The notes below the pieces were generated by a model. That model ran no database searches. It was not told the DNA's origin and saw only the letters and a list, made by a program, of their open reading frames with translations. From Mustelus asterias (lineage: Eukaryota), in assembly GCF_964213995.1 (NCBI RefSeq), contig NC_135804.1, positions 68,200,001 to 68,264,000 of the forward strand: DNA of 64,000 bases, read 5' to 3'. Both the position numbers and the translations under genes were made by a program. Below are positions 25,601-36,667 of this stretch, piece after piece (within the stretch, counting starts at the first letter, position 1; the number at the start of each line of letters is the position of its first letter).

Positions 25601-26917
25601 TCCAACTGTGAGATCTCTGACTTTGGACCTACCAACTTTTCCTTGACGAATTTTAAAGGACCTCTTACTTCATGTACGAATATCAAATCAAATGGAGCAA
25701 ACTGAGTCGACCAAGTTGGACAATCTCTAATCGCAAATGATATAAATTTAAAGGATGCCTTAATCCCAATCAGTTGGGTAATCCTGGCAATAAATCCTCA
25801 ACATGGTCCTCAGGGTATGATGCCAACTTTCCAATGTTCCCTGGGATTCAGGATAGTACACACTTGAGATGAAGTGTCTGATACCTAAAGCAGCCATGAC
25901 GTCCTTAAATAATTTGGCAGTAAAATTGAACCTTGGTCTGACTGAATCTCCCTGGGTAATCCATAACAGGGAAAGAAAACAAGCAATTCCTCCACAACCT
26001 TTCTTGCCTGGATAGTCCTCTGGAATCCTGGTGGACACATCCATTACAGCGAGAAAATACTGGTTCCCACTTTTGGTTTTAGGGAGAGGATCTACACAAT
26101 CAACTATAACCTATGTAAAACGTTCTTCAAATGCAGGAATTGGCATCAAGGGTGCTAATTTTATCGCTGCCTCTGGTTTTCTTATCATCTGACATGCATG
26201 ATAGGTTTGGCAACGTTCAACCACATCTCTATGTAATCCAGGCCAATAAAAGTGCTTCTGTATCTTAACCGGAGTCCTCTTTCATTCTAGATGACCATCT
26301 GCAGGTAATTCGTATGCCACCCACAATACTTCCTTTTTGTATTCTACCAGCAACACAATTTGGTGAATTTCTGCCCATTTCCCACCTGCAGTTACCTGCC
26401 AAAGTCTGCAGTTTTGCCTTAAGATTTTATCCTTCAGGTAATAGCTTCCTGGAATACACTCTCATTCCTTTTCTGTATCGGCTTCATGATATAAATCTGT
26501 CATCATCTCATCTTTCTATTGTAACTCCATTAATCGTTCAGAACTAGATACCTCTGCCTCATCCTTTATCTGCTTAGATGTTTTCCTTTACCATCTCATC
26601 GAACATAGTGACATACCAAAGTTCCCACAATAGAATTTGCTTACATGTTCTCAAAATATCAAATGCTTTTCAAATTGATTGGTTAAAATGCCTATTTCAA
26701 ATTGATTGGTTAAAATGCAAAAATATGTTCGGATTTAAGTGCTTGAAGTCTGTGACAAAGGAAACCCTGCCGTTTTTGCCTCTGGTACATAGTTTCAGCC
26801 TGTGTACTGCTTGCACCTGCTTCTCCTCAGTACAGAACAACACTACCTTTTCGAAGAAAACCATGAAATTTCACAACTCTTAGCATTTTAGTAGTTTTAA
26901 AAATAATTTTACAATCA
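22700..26917 (-). mobile_element. Gmr1-like (Ty3/Gypsy) LTR retrotransposon, degenerate and internally deleted
   Basis: Minus-strand order is integrase (HFYWPGL; PLPKTKSGNQY..MDVSTR; YYPESQGTLESWH), then RT (KLDLVHGYWQV, MPFGMKNAPATF, YIGDLVIF), then RNase H (DVSNVSVRAVLLQE). A purine tract lies at ~23720-23740, with LTR-like repeats at ~22995-23719 and ~26620-26917. Confidence 0.85.
22995..23719 (-). repeat. Putative 3' LTR
   Basis: TG..CA ends, adjacent to a PPT-like ggggtgaagg on the minus strand. Part of it is repeated at 26620-26917 and 22700-22866. Confidence 0.6.
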
Positions 26918-26929
26918 CACTACACAGCA

Positions 26930-28080
26930 AAGAACAAAGAACAAAGAACAGTACAGCACAGGAAACAGGCCCTTCGGCCCTCCAAGCCTGTGCCGCTCCT
27001 TGGTCCAACTAGACCAATCGTTTGTATCCCTCCATTCCCAGGCTGCTCATGTGACTATCCAGGTAAGTCTTAAACGATGTCAGCGTGCCTGCCTCCACCA
27101 TCCTACTTGGCAGCGCATTCCAGGCCCCCACCACCCTCTGTGTAAAAAACATCCCTCTAATATCTGATTTATACTTCGCCCCTCTCACCCTGAGCCCGTG
27201 ACCCCTCGTGAACGTCACTTCTGATCCGGGAAAAAGCTTCCCACCGTTCACCCTATCTATCCCCTTCATAATCTTGTACACCTCTATTAGTTCTCCCCTC
27301 ATTCTCCGTCTTTCCAGGGAGAACAACCCCAGTCTACCCAATCTCTCCTCATAGCTAAGACCCTCCATACCAGGCAACATCCTGGTAAACCTTCTCTGCA
27401 CTCTCTCTAACGCCTTCACGTCCTTCTGGTAGTGCGGCGACCAGAACTGGACGCAGTACTCCAAATGTGGCCTAACCAGCATTCTATACAGCTGCATCAT
27501 CAGACTCCAGCTTTTATACTCTATACTCTTGTCCTATAAAGGCAAGCATAACATATACCTTCTTCACCACCTTCTCCACCTGTGTTGCCACTTTCAAAGA
27601 TTTGTGGACTTACACACCTAGGTCCCTCTGTGTTTCTATACTCCTGATGACTCTGCCATTTATTGTATAACTCCTCCCGACATTATTTCTTCCAAAATGC
27701 ATCACTTCGCATTTATCCGGATTAAAATCCATCTGCCACCTCTCCGCCCAATTTTCCAGCCTATCTATATCCTGCTGTATTGCGCGACAATGCTCTTCGC
27801 TATCCGCAAGTCCAGCCATCTTCGTGTCATCCGCAAACTTGCTGATTACACCAGTTACACCTTCTTCCAAATCATTTATATATATATCACAAATAGCAGA
27901 GGGTCCCAGTACAGAGCCCTGCGGAACACCATTGGTCACAGACCTCCAGCCGGAAAAAGACCCTTCGACCACTACCCTCTGTCTCCTATGGCCAAGCCAG
28001 TTCTCCACCCATCTAGCCACTTCTCCTTGTATCCCATGAGCCTTAACCTTCTTAACCAACCTGCCATGTGGGATTTTGTC
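26930..28080 (-). mobile_element. Young CR1/HER1 LINE 3' fragment
   Basis: Near-intact ORFs 27009-27500 and 27610-28059 (GVPQGSVLGP, KFADDTK, LVRPHLEYCVQFWSP) and a tandem agaacaa tail. Confidence 0.95.
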
Positions 28081-28444
28081 AGTTCAGTATCCCTGTGGAC
28101 TGGGACTTATTGCACCTGGAGGAGCGAGTGTTCTTTAGGGGAGGAATGTCTGCCTTCTAGCTTCCCTCCAGATGAACAGCACTGTGACTGGCTCTTCAGT
28201 GCCCTCTGAAGTGACGCAGAAAGCCATTCAGGGTAATACGTGGTGGACAACAAATTACTGTTTTCTCGACCAATGACCAGAACCCAGGCAAAAATTAGAA
28301 AAAAATTAACAAATGTCATGTATACTAATCTTGATGATGACGGGCTGTAATAAACTTTGAAATGGCTTCGTGATTTGCAGATTTCTGACTCGGAAGGCTG
28401 AGTAGGAGATGTGTCCTGCACCCCCAAGACAATGTTAGTTGATG

Positions 28445-29421
28445 GAGAGTAGGTTGATTAGAGGGTAATTGGACAGCTTGGATTTGTTCTGTGTTTTGTG
28501 CAAAGGTGTTAATACAAAGTAAGAAAGTGAGGTTCAGTCACGATGGGACGTAGGTTCAAGATGAGGGTCAGGAGGGTGAGGGGGATGTGAGGGAAGACTT
28601 TTTTTTACCCAGGGGGTAGTAACAGTCTGGAATGCATTGCCTGGGGGAGTCGTAGATGTGGGCTGCCTCATATACGTTTTTTTTAAAAATACCCGAATGA
28701 GCTCTTGGCAAGTCATAACATTAACGGCTTTGAGCCAAATATTGACAGATGGGATAAGTGAAAGTTTAAGCTTTTCTAACGTGTCGGTGTGGACTTGATA
28801 GACCAAAGAGCCTCTTCTGTGTTTCATGTTTCTATGATTCGAAGCTAAATATTACATATCACTGCACACAACTTAGATACTTAAGAAAAAGCAAGCTTAA
28901 AATTTGATGATTATAAATCTAACAGAAAGGTGCAATATGATTACCATGTGGGGCTAAAGAAATTGCGACTTTTTTCTTAAGTACCTAAATTGTGTGCAGA
29001 GATATGTAATATTTAGCTCCAAATCATAGAATCATAAAACACAGAAGAGGCTCTTTGGTCTATCAAGTCCACACCGACACGTTAGAAAAACGTAAACTTT
29101 CACTTATCCCATCTGTTAATATTTGGCTCAAAGCCGTTAATGTTATGACTTGCCAAGAGCTCATTCGGGTATTTTTTTAAAAAACGTATATGAGGCAGCC
29201 CACATCTACCACTCCCCCAGGCAATGCATTCCAAACTGTTACTACCCCCTGGGTTAAAAAAAAAAGTCTTCCCTCATATCCCCCTCACCCTCCTGACCCT
29301 CATCTTGAACCTATGTCCCATCGCGACTGATCCTCACTTTCTTACTTTGCTTATTAACACCTTTGCACAAAACACAGAACAAATCCAAGCTGTCCAATTA
29401 CCCTCTAATCAACCTACTCTC
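28445..29421. repeat. Long inverted duplication (arms 28445-28891 and 28969-29421)
   Basis: The arms are reverse complements with only scattered differences, e.g. gagagtaggttgattagagggtaattgg / ccaattaccctctaatcaacctactctc. The spacer is about 77 nt. Confidence 0.95.
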
Positions 29422-29459
29422 GATAATACATAAAGTAATATAACAATCCATCAACATTA

Positions 29460-30680
29460 CCATCAAACAGCATCTGCTCAGCAACAACCTGCTCAGTGAT
29501 GCGGAGTTTGAGTTTCGCCAGTGTCACTTAGCTCCTGACCTCATTAAAGACTTGGTTTAAAAATGAATGAACAAGCTGAATTCTAGAGTTGATGTGAGAA
29601 TGACAACCCTTGGAATCAAAACGGCATTCGACCAAGTGTGACATCAAGAAGCCTTAGGGAAACTGGAATCAACGAGTTTTAGGGGGCATACTTTCCTTTG
29701 GTTGCATCACTGAGCAAGTTGTTGCTGAGCAGGTGCTGCTTGATAGCGCTGTTGCTGGCAGCTTCCATGACTTGGTACAAAGGAGGATCATTTTGGTTGA
29801 GGGGGACGGCCATCTCAGCTCCAGGACATCCCTGCACGTCTACCTCAGGGGAGTGTCGAAGGCCAACCACCTTCAACTGTTTCATCAATAACCTTCCCTT
29901 CGTCATCAGGTCAGAAATGAAGATGTTCGCCGATGAGTGCACATATATTCAGAAATATCCCTGAATCTTCACATACTGAAGTAGTCAATTTCAAATGCAA
30001 AAAGGTCTGGGCAATACACAGGCTTGAGCTGAGAAACTGCAAGTAACGTTTGTGCCACACAAATGCCAGGCAATTACAATCACGAATAAGACACTATCTA
30101 ACCACTGCCCCTTGGCACTCAATACCGTTACCATCACTGAATCCTCCACTGTAAACATTCTTGGGGTGGCCATTGACGAGAGCAGGTCAGATGGTAGATT
30201 AACCGTGGCGAGTAACTCACCTCGTGACTCCCCAAAACCTGTCCACCTTCTAAAAGACAGAAGTCTTGGGTGGGATGGAAGACCGTCATGGGTCTGGATT
30301 GGCGCAGCTCCAACAACACTCACGCAGCTTGACACCATCTAGGAAATTACAGCCACAAATTGGCATCACAAACACAAACACCCATTCCCTCCACCACCGA
30401 CGTTCAGTAACAGCAGTGTGTACGATCTACAAGATGCATTGCCGAAATTCACCAAAGATCCTGAAACAACACCTTCCAAACCGGTCACCACTTTCATCTA
30501 GAAAGACAAGGGCAGCAGATACATCAAAAGACGACCACCTGCAGGCATTGTGTGTTATCCCAGAGCACGTGAACTGCCGAGTTTCAAAAAGGCAGCTCAC
30601 CACAGCCTTCTCAAGGGCAACGAGGAATGGGCAATATATGCTGGACTGCCAGCGGCGTTCATGACCCACGAATGAATAAA
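29460..30680 (+). mobile_element. CR1/L2-clade LINE fragment with a small internal inverted copy
   Basis: SNNLLSDAEF.FRQ, AFDQV, PTTFNCFINNLP..MFADEC. About 29704-29745 is the reverse complement of about 29461-29502. Confidence 0.8.
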
Positions 30681-31359
30681 AACAATCAGTGGATATTTGC
30701 ATCGTTAATTTTAAGGAACCAATAGAAAAGCATCAGTGTGGGTTAGTCTGTTGAAGCAGCATCTACCTCAAACACACACCGTCCTGTTTATGAGTTAATT
30801 TTAAGATTCCCGTTAGCATACAAGGCCTACTGGATCATGGAAACTTAAATTAGTGCGCCCCGTCGGAACCGCCGCATGCCCCATGATGCAAGTAGCCCGT
30901 TTCTTGCACGTGAATCAGTTGTTCAACCTCAATCTGAGATTGAGAGGAGAGAAACAAAAAGGTGTCAGGCTAAAAGTGCCAGTACCTGCAGCCGTATCCA
31001 ACAGGCATTTTAACATTCATGAGCTGGACAGACCAGTTTAATCTGAGAAGTCGCGGAGCCATGATAGTGCGAACCTTCGTAAAGTCAGTTTACATGTTTT
31101 CACAGCACCAGGAAAACGTTTCCCAAATTGGATATTCGGCCTTGTATTGTGTGGTAACTGCAAGCTGGATTGGTGTCATAGATTTATTTAATTTGAATGT
31201 TGTTTGGGTTTGGGGAAGTCTTACGATGTTCAGGGAACACAGATATATATCTTGGAACAAGGAGCAATTATAAATGTGTGTCTGATAATTAATATATGTA
31301 ATTATTTTACACTGCTAAGTTCCAGTCGTGTGTTTGTTTTCTTTCGTTTAATGATTAGT

Positions 31360-32080
31360 ATCTGGTGATTGCCACACGACGACTGGGCTGGTTATTCTCA
31401 ACGGGCTTTCATATGACCCCTCACACCCTTCTAAAAACCAAACCATAAACCACCACAAACATATGGTTCAATTTCTGACATGCTTGCGGGTACCATCCAC
31501 GTGGTGGTTGGCACATGATTTGGCCAATTTTCCCACGCAGCCCCAATATCTGAGAGCATTGTAATACCTCAAGGCCAAGCAAGATGAACACATTTGTAAA
31601 CCGAGCAAACAATTAACAGGTATCCTCACCAAGCATGTAATGATTATATCAACAGAATGCACGCCATTCTTACTCACAGTTCCAATTTCCCATCCATCCG
31701 GCCTGCCACTCAATGGGACAGGACAATCATGCTCCAAGGGAGACCAACAAACGCCTGTTGGACCAATGTGAGAACAAACTGTAAGATGCTATATATAATA
31801 TGCCTCGTGCTCATATCTTCCTGCGTCGGTGTATGGGCTGTTCAAGACAAATAAAGTGATGTACGCTGATGCGTTGTCTTACGTATGACAGGCATGAATT
31901 GATCAAATGGTTGGGTGAGTTCTTACAACCAGCTTTGAGCAGGTTTTTTTCATTTGATCTTGCTAGGCCATTCACCAAAGTGCCACTCAAAGAGGTCATA
32001 CACATTTGCACTGCAGTGCTGTGTGATAAGATCATAAGAACTTGGACACATGTAGCCCATCGAGTCTGCTGCGCCATTCA
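31360..32080 (+). mobile_element. Degenerate Penelope-like RT fragment
   Basis: KWLGEFLQP..SFDLARPFTKVPLKEVIHIC resembles the PLE motif SFDVxSLFTNVPxxE. Confidence 0.55.
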
Positions 32081-32295
32081 ATGAGATCGTGACTAATCAG
32101 GTATGATAATCCTCAAGTTCACTTTCCCACTTTATCCCCATGAACCTTGATTCCCTTGCCAATTAGAAATACGTCCATCTCAGCTTTGAGCATACTTAAC
32201 TCGTCGGCCTCTGCAGCCCTCTGCGGTAAAGAATTCCATAGATCCACTGCTCTCTGAGAGACCAAATAAATTCTCATCATCCCCGTCTAAAATGA

Positions 32296-32575
32296 TTAAC
32301 ACTGCTGCCTCACAGCACCAGGGACGTGGATGCAATTCCTAGCTTGGGTCACTGTCTGTGCAGTGTCTGCACTTTCTCCCCGTGTCTGCGGGGGTTTCCG
32401 TTACATGCTCCAGTTTCCTCCCACAGTCCAAAAGACACGCTGGTTCGGTTCCAGTGCCCATGCAAAATTCTACCTCCATGTACACGAGTGGGTGGCAGAG
32501 TGTGGCGAGTAGGGGACTGTCAGAGTTTCTTATTGCAGTATAAATAAAAGTCTACTTGTGATGCTAATAAATAAA
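32296..32575 (+). mobile_element. HE1-like SINE nested in a CR1 3' fragment
   Basis: SINE head/core; a minus-strand CR1 tail flanks it on both sides (32090-32290 and ~32590-32670). Confidence 0.75.
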
Positions 32576-32694
32576 CAAAAAAAAGACTTACTATGAAACT
32601 TTGCCTACTGGTCTTAGACTCTTCCACAAAGAGAAACGACCTGTCAGTGTTTACTCTTCAATCCCACTGATGAGCCAATGTGGCACAATGAAGA

Positions 32695-33400
32695 CAAAGA
32701 ACAAAAGAACAAAGAAAATTACATCATAGGAACAGGCCTTTAGGCTCTCCATGCTTGCACCAACCATGCTGCCCGTCTGAACTAAGACGTCCTACCCTTC
32801 CGGGGACCACATTCCTCCATTCCCATCCTATTCATGCATTTGTCCAGACGCCCGTTAAACGTCACTATCGTATCTGCTTCCACTACCTCCCCCAGCAGCG
32901 AGTTCGAGACACCCACCACCCTCGTAAAAAACGTGCCTCGTACATCTTCTTTAAACATTACCCCTCGCACCTTAAACTAATGCATCCTCATAAACGACTC
33001 TTCCACCCTGGAAAAAAGCATCTGACTATCTACTCTGTCTATGCCCTTCAGAATCTTGTAGACTTCGAACGACCTCCGTCGTTCCAGTGAGAACAAACCA
33101 AATTCCTCCACATCCTTCTGATATCCTTCAGGACGCCTCTCATTTTTCTAAACATATCGAACATACTCGTACTCTCCTCTTAAGAAAACCCCTCCACATC
33201 TGGGGCCACCCTAGAAATCGTGCTTGACTGCGTCCAACGCAATATATTTTTCGTTATATCAGGGGGCCACAACTGTTCACAGTGTTGCAGGTTTGATCTA
33301 ACCAATGACGAGTAGAATTCTGGCAAGACTTTCCTGTTATTATACTTAATTCCTTTCGAAATTGAAGCCAACATGGCCTTTGCCTTCTCTATTAGCTTTC
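32695..33400 (-). mobile_element. CR1 3' fragments
   Basis: FKEDVRGTFFTRVVGVSNSL; YSSLVRSNLQHCEQLW. Confidence 0.8.
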
Positions 33401-33558
33401 AATGTTTTATTTTGCAATACATGCATGAGGACATCTAAATCCCCCCCCTCTAAATCAACTCCAGCAAAGATTTATGTTGGGTGAGACGAGAAACTAGTCT
33501 TCAATGGAATCACACCCAACCAGTGAAACCTTGTACAGTTCTAATATGTTGATGATTT

Positions 33559-33842
33559 GGGGCAGCATGGTGGTACAGTGGTTAGCACTGCTGCCTCAGA
33601 GCACCAGGGACCCGGGTTCGATTCCCGGCTTGGGCCACCGTCTGTGTGGATTTTCCTCCGGGTGCTCCGGTTTCCTCCCACACTCCAAAGATGTGCGGGT
33701 TAGGTGGATTGGCCATGTTAAATTGCTCCTTCGCATCACGGGAACTAGCTAGGGTAACTGCTTGGGGTCATGGGACAGGGCATGGGTAACAGTGCTGTCA
33801 GTGCAGAGTCGATAGGCCGAATGGCCTCCGTCTGCACTGTCG
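33559..33842 (+). mobile_element. HE1-like SINE
   Basis: ggcagcatggtggtacagtggttagcactgc...gggttcgattcccggcttggg. Confidence 0.9.
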
Positions 33843-35689
33843 GACTCGAGGATACATTTGTTAGACTTGAATCCACAGCTAGAGAAAATAATTTAATTTT
33901 CTCTGGACATTAATGTGCCCCATCTTTCGCTCCCTTTCACCTTTGAAATTCAGCTTTCAATGGGTTTCCTTTCCTTGACATGCGATTTCAGTATTCGGCT
34001 GATGTTGCTTACTATCATCTGCTTCTAACACGCGATCTCTGATCAATATATGCGTTCGGATTCCTAGAATTCCATGCGCTAAAAGATTTGCTTCATCAAA
34101 AAATGTCAGAAATATGACCCAATTCGTTTGCTTGCTATGCACGCTTAATGGCAAAATTGGACCCATCAAAAGTAATCGAAGGGGTAATGGCTATGCTGAT
34201 TAAGCATTGCATATCATTACTCCCTGTAGATATAAAAGCATATGACTACGGATGCTGGAATCTGAAAGAAAAACATAAAATTCTGGAAAATCTCATGGAG
34301 CTTTGACAGCATCTGTGGAGAGGGAGCAAAGCTAACATTTCACATCTGGGTGGCTATGCGAACAGCCCTACAGTGTTCCGTAGGCTCATGAACGAGCCAA
34401 AGGCTGCCACTTCGTGTCCTGCAAATTGTCCTGAAAGGGACGGTAGCTCAGGGGTTTCAGCAACAGCTGAAATGAGCTGTTTCGCTCTGCTATTATGCAA
34501 TAGGAATAGGAGTGGTATTCGCCAAGACCAGCGAACTGCCAAGAAGCCAAAATATAACTCCACAGATACATAGACTCTGCACTTTGCGCCATCGGATCTC
34601 CATAAGCTAACGTCTGTAATTTCGTCATCTATGGAGCAAATCTGCAGGAGTTCTAATTATTAATTTCACTTGATTTCAACTCATAATCCAGAAATTTTGC
34701 ACTGTATTGGTTATATGAAATTGGAACCTTAAATTTTAATTCTTGCCCTCGCCGTGTTGATTTGACATTTATTACATTTCACAATATTAGCCGTTCACAT
34801 ATTACCAATGTGCATCAGCTTTTGTTTTAACATGTAAACGTGTGTGGGGTCATCGTCTTGTTGAACATAACTGGTTTTCAGTGCAATAAGTCTCACCGAA
34901 AAATGTCACTTTTGGATCACACGCCTTTCTTTAAACAAACTGTAGTGTATTATACTCTCCTTTTCCGCCTGCTTCGTCTAAACAATGTAAGTAATTCAAA
35001 TGTTACTCGAATGTTCTACGGTCCAATTCATATGATCCACAATGAATCAAAATTAATTCTGAGTTACATTTTTTCTAACAGCAATAGCGTTCATTATATT
35101 GTCCAATCACGCCTTCGGGCTCCCTGCAACGATCGGTGGTTCATCTTGGTAAGTCCCATCTGAAAACACTTTCTTCTTCACACATCTGCATATACAAAAC
35201 AGTTGGCATCCTCTTAGCTGCTACATCAGAATAAACGATATTTCACTCTCAATAACCAGTTCTCCTCTTTGCTAACTATCTTGTTACTTTGTCCTTAATT
35301 ATCTTAGCAGCCGCCAAATCTTGATGATCATGACGATATCTACTCGTGAATCTGTTTTTCTTTTCTGTTTGGTCTTCGTTTCATTTTCAGATCTATAAAA
35401 GCTGCGGTTTAGGCCTGTCGCGAATCTTACTGCGATATTTCCTTCTTGCCCTACCGGAAGATCGTTCTATCTATATAATTATTTTCTGGTAGAAGAATTA
35501 CTTCTGAACCTATCATCAATAATTACGGTCTACCGTTCTTGCTCTCCATTATTTCCTTCAATTTCCCCATCCCTTTTTGAACATTACCCTGAATATTCAA
35601 CAATATTTAGTGCTAAAATTACACAGGTAGGAAATGATGATCAAACTGTTGAAGCTCATTTGGTAGCCAAATGAACACCGCTCGACAGT

Positions 35690-36180
35690 CACCAGGCATG
35701 AGCATTCTCGTCCTGTCGAGGAACACTTCAACAGTCAAGGGCATTCAGCCTCTGATCTTCGAGTTAGCGCTCTCCATGGCTGCCTTCAGGACACACGTCA
35801 ACGCAGAATCGCTGAGCAGAAACTGATAGCCAAGTTCCGCACACATGAGGACGGCCTCAACCAGGGTCTTGGGTTCATGTCACACTATCTGTAACCTCCA
35901 CAACTTGCCTGGGCTTGCAAAATCTTACTAACTGTCCTGGCTGGAGACAATACGCATCTCTTTAACCTGTGCTTAACCCTCTCTGCGCTCACATTGTCTG
36001 TACCTTTAAGACTTGATTGTCTGTAAAGACTTGCATTCCAACCATTACCTTGTAAATTGAGTTTGTGTCTTTATATGCCCTGTTTGCGAACACAACTCCT
36101 TACTCACCTGAAGAAGGAGTGACACTCCGAAAGCTTGTGCTTCCAAATAAACCTGTTGGACTTTAACCTGGTGTTGTGAG
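35690..36180 (+). mobile_element. Penelope-like element 3' end / terminal repeat
   Basis: RRIAEQKLIAKFRTHEDGLN..LGFMSHYL* is a GIY-YIG C-terminus; it is followed by a terminal repeat with aataaa. Confidence 0.85.
36104..36139 (+). ncRNA. Minimal hammerhead ribozyme motif
   Basis: cac-CTGAAGA-A-GGAG(tgaca)CTCC-GAAA-GCTT-gtg: both core boxes, stem II, a palindromic stem III and a short stem I, inside a Penelope repeat. Confidence 0.6.
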
Positions 36181-36356
36181 TTAGCCTCAGGGTTAATGGC
36201 AATTAATTGAAAAATATTGGACGGGACTGGAAGGGACTGAGGTAACCTATACCGCAAATGCACACATGCCTTTTGAAAGAATGATCAAAAACTATAGGTG
36301 GTAACTCGGGGCAAAATGGTAGGAATCAGAGTAATGATGGCACACCTCATTATCAC

Positions 36357-36667
36357 AGAATCATAGAATCCCTACAGTACAGAAGGAGGTCATTCAGCAC
36401 AAGCCTGCACCGACAACAATCCCACACAGGCCCTATCCACGTATCCCCACGTATTTACCCTACTAATCAGCCTGACACAAAAGAGCAATTTTCAATGACC
36501 AGCTCGCCAGCACATCTTTGGGGAGGTGGACAGAAACCGGACCATCCGGAGAAAACCTATTCTGATAGGTGGAGAACGTGCAACTTCGACACAGCCACCC
36601 CAGGCGAAATTGCACCAGGTCGTTGGCACAGTGAGGCAGCAGTACTAATCACTGTACCACCTTGCCG
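36357..36667 (-). mobile_element. HE1-like SINE (diverged)
   Basis: agaatcatagaatccctacagt tail and gtgaggcagcagtactaatcactgt head. Confidence 0.75.
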
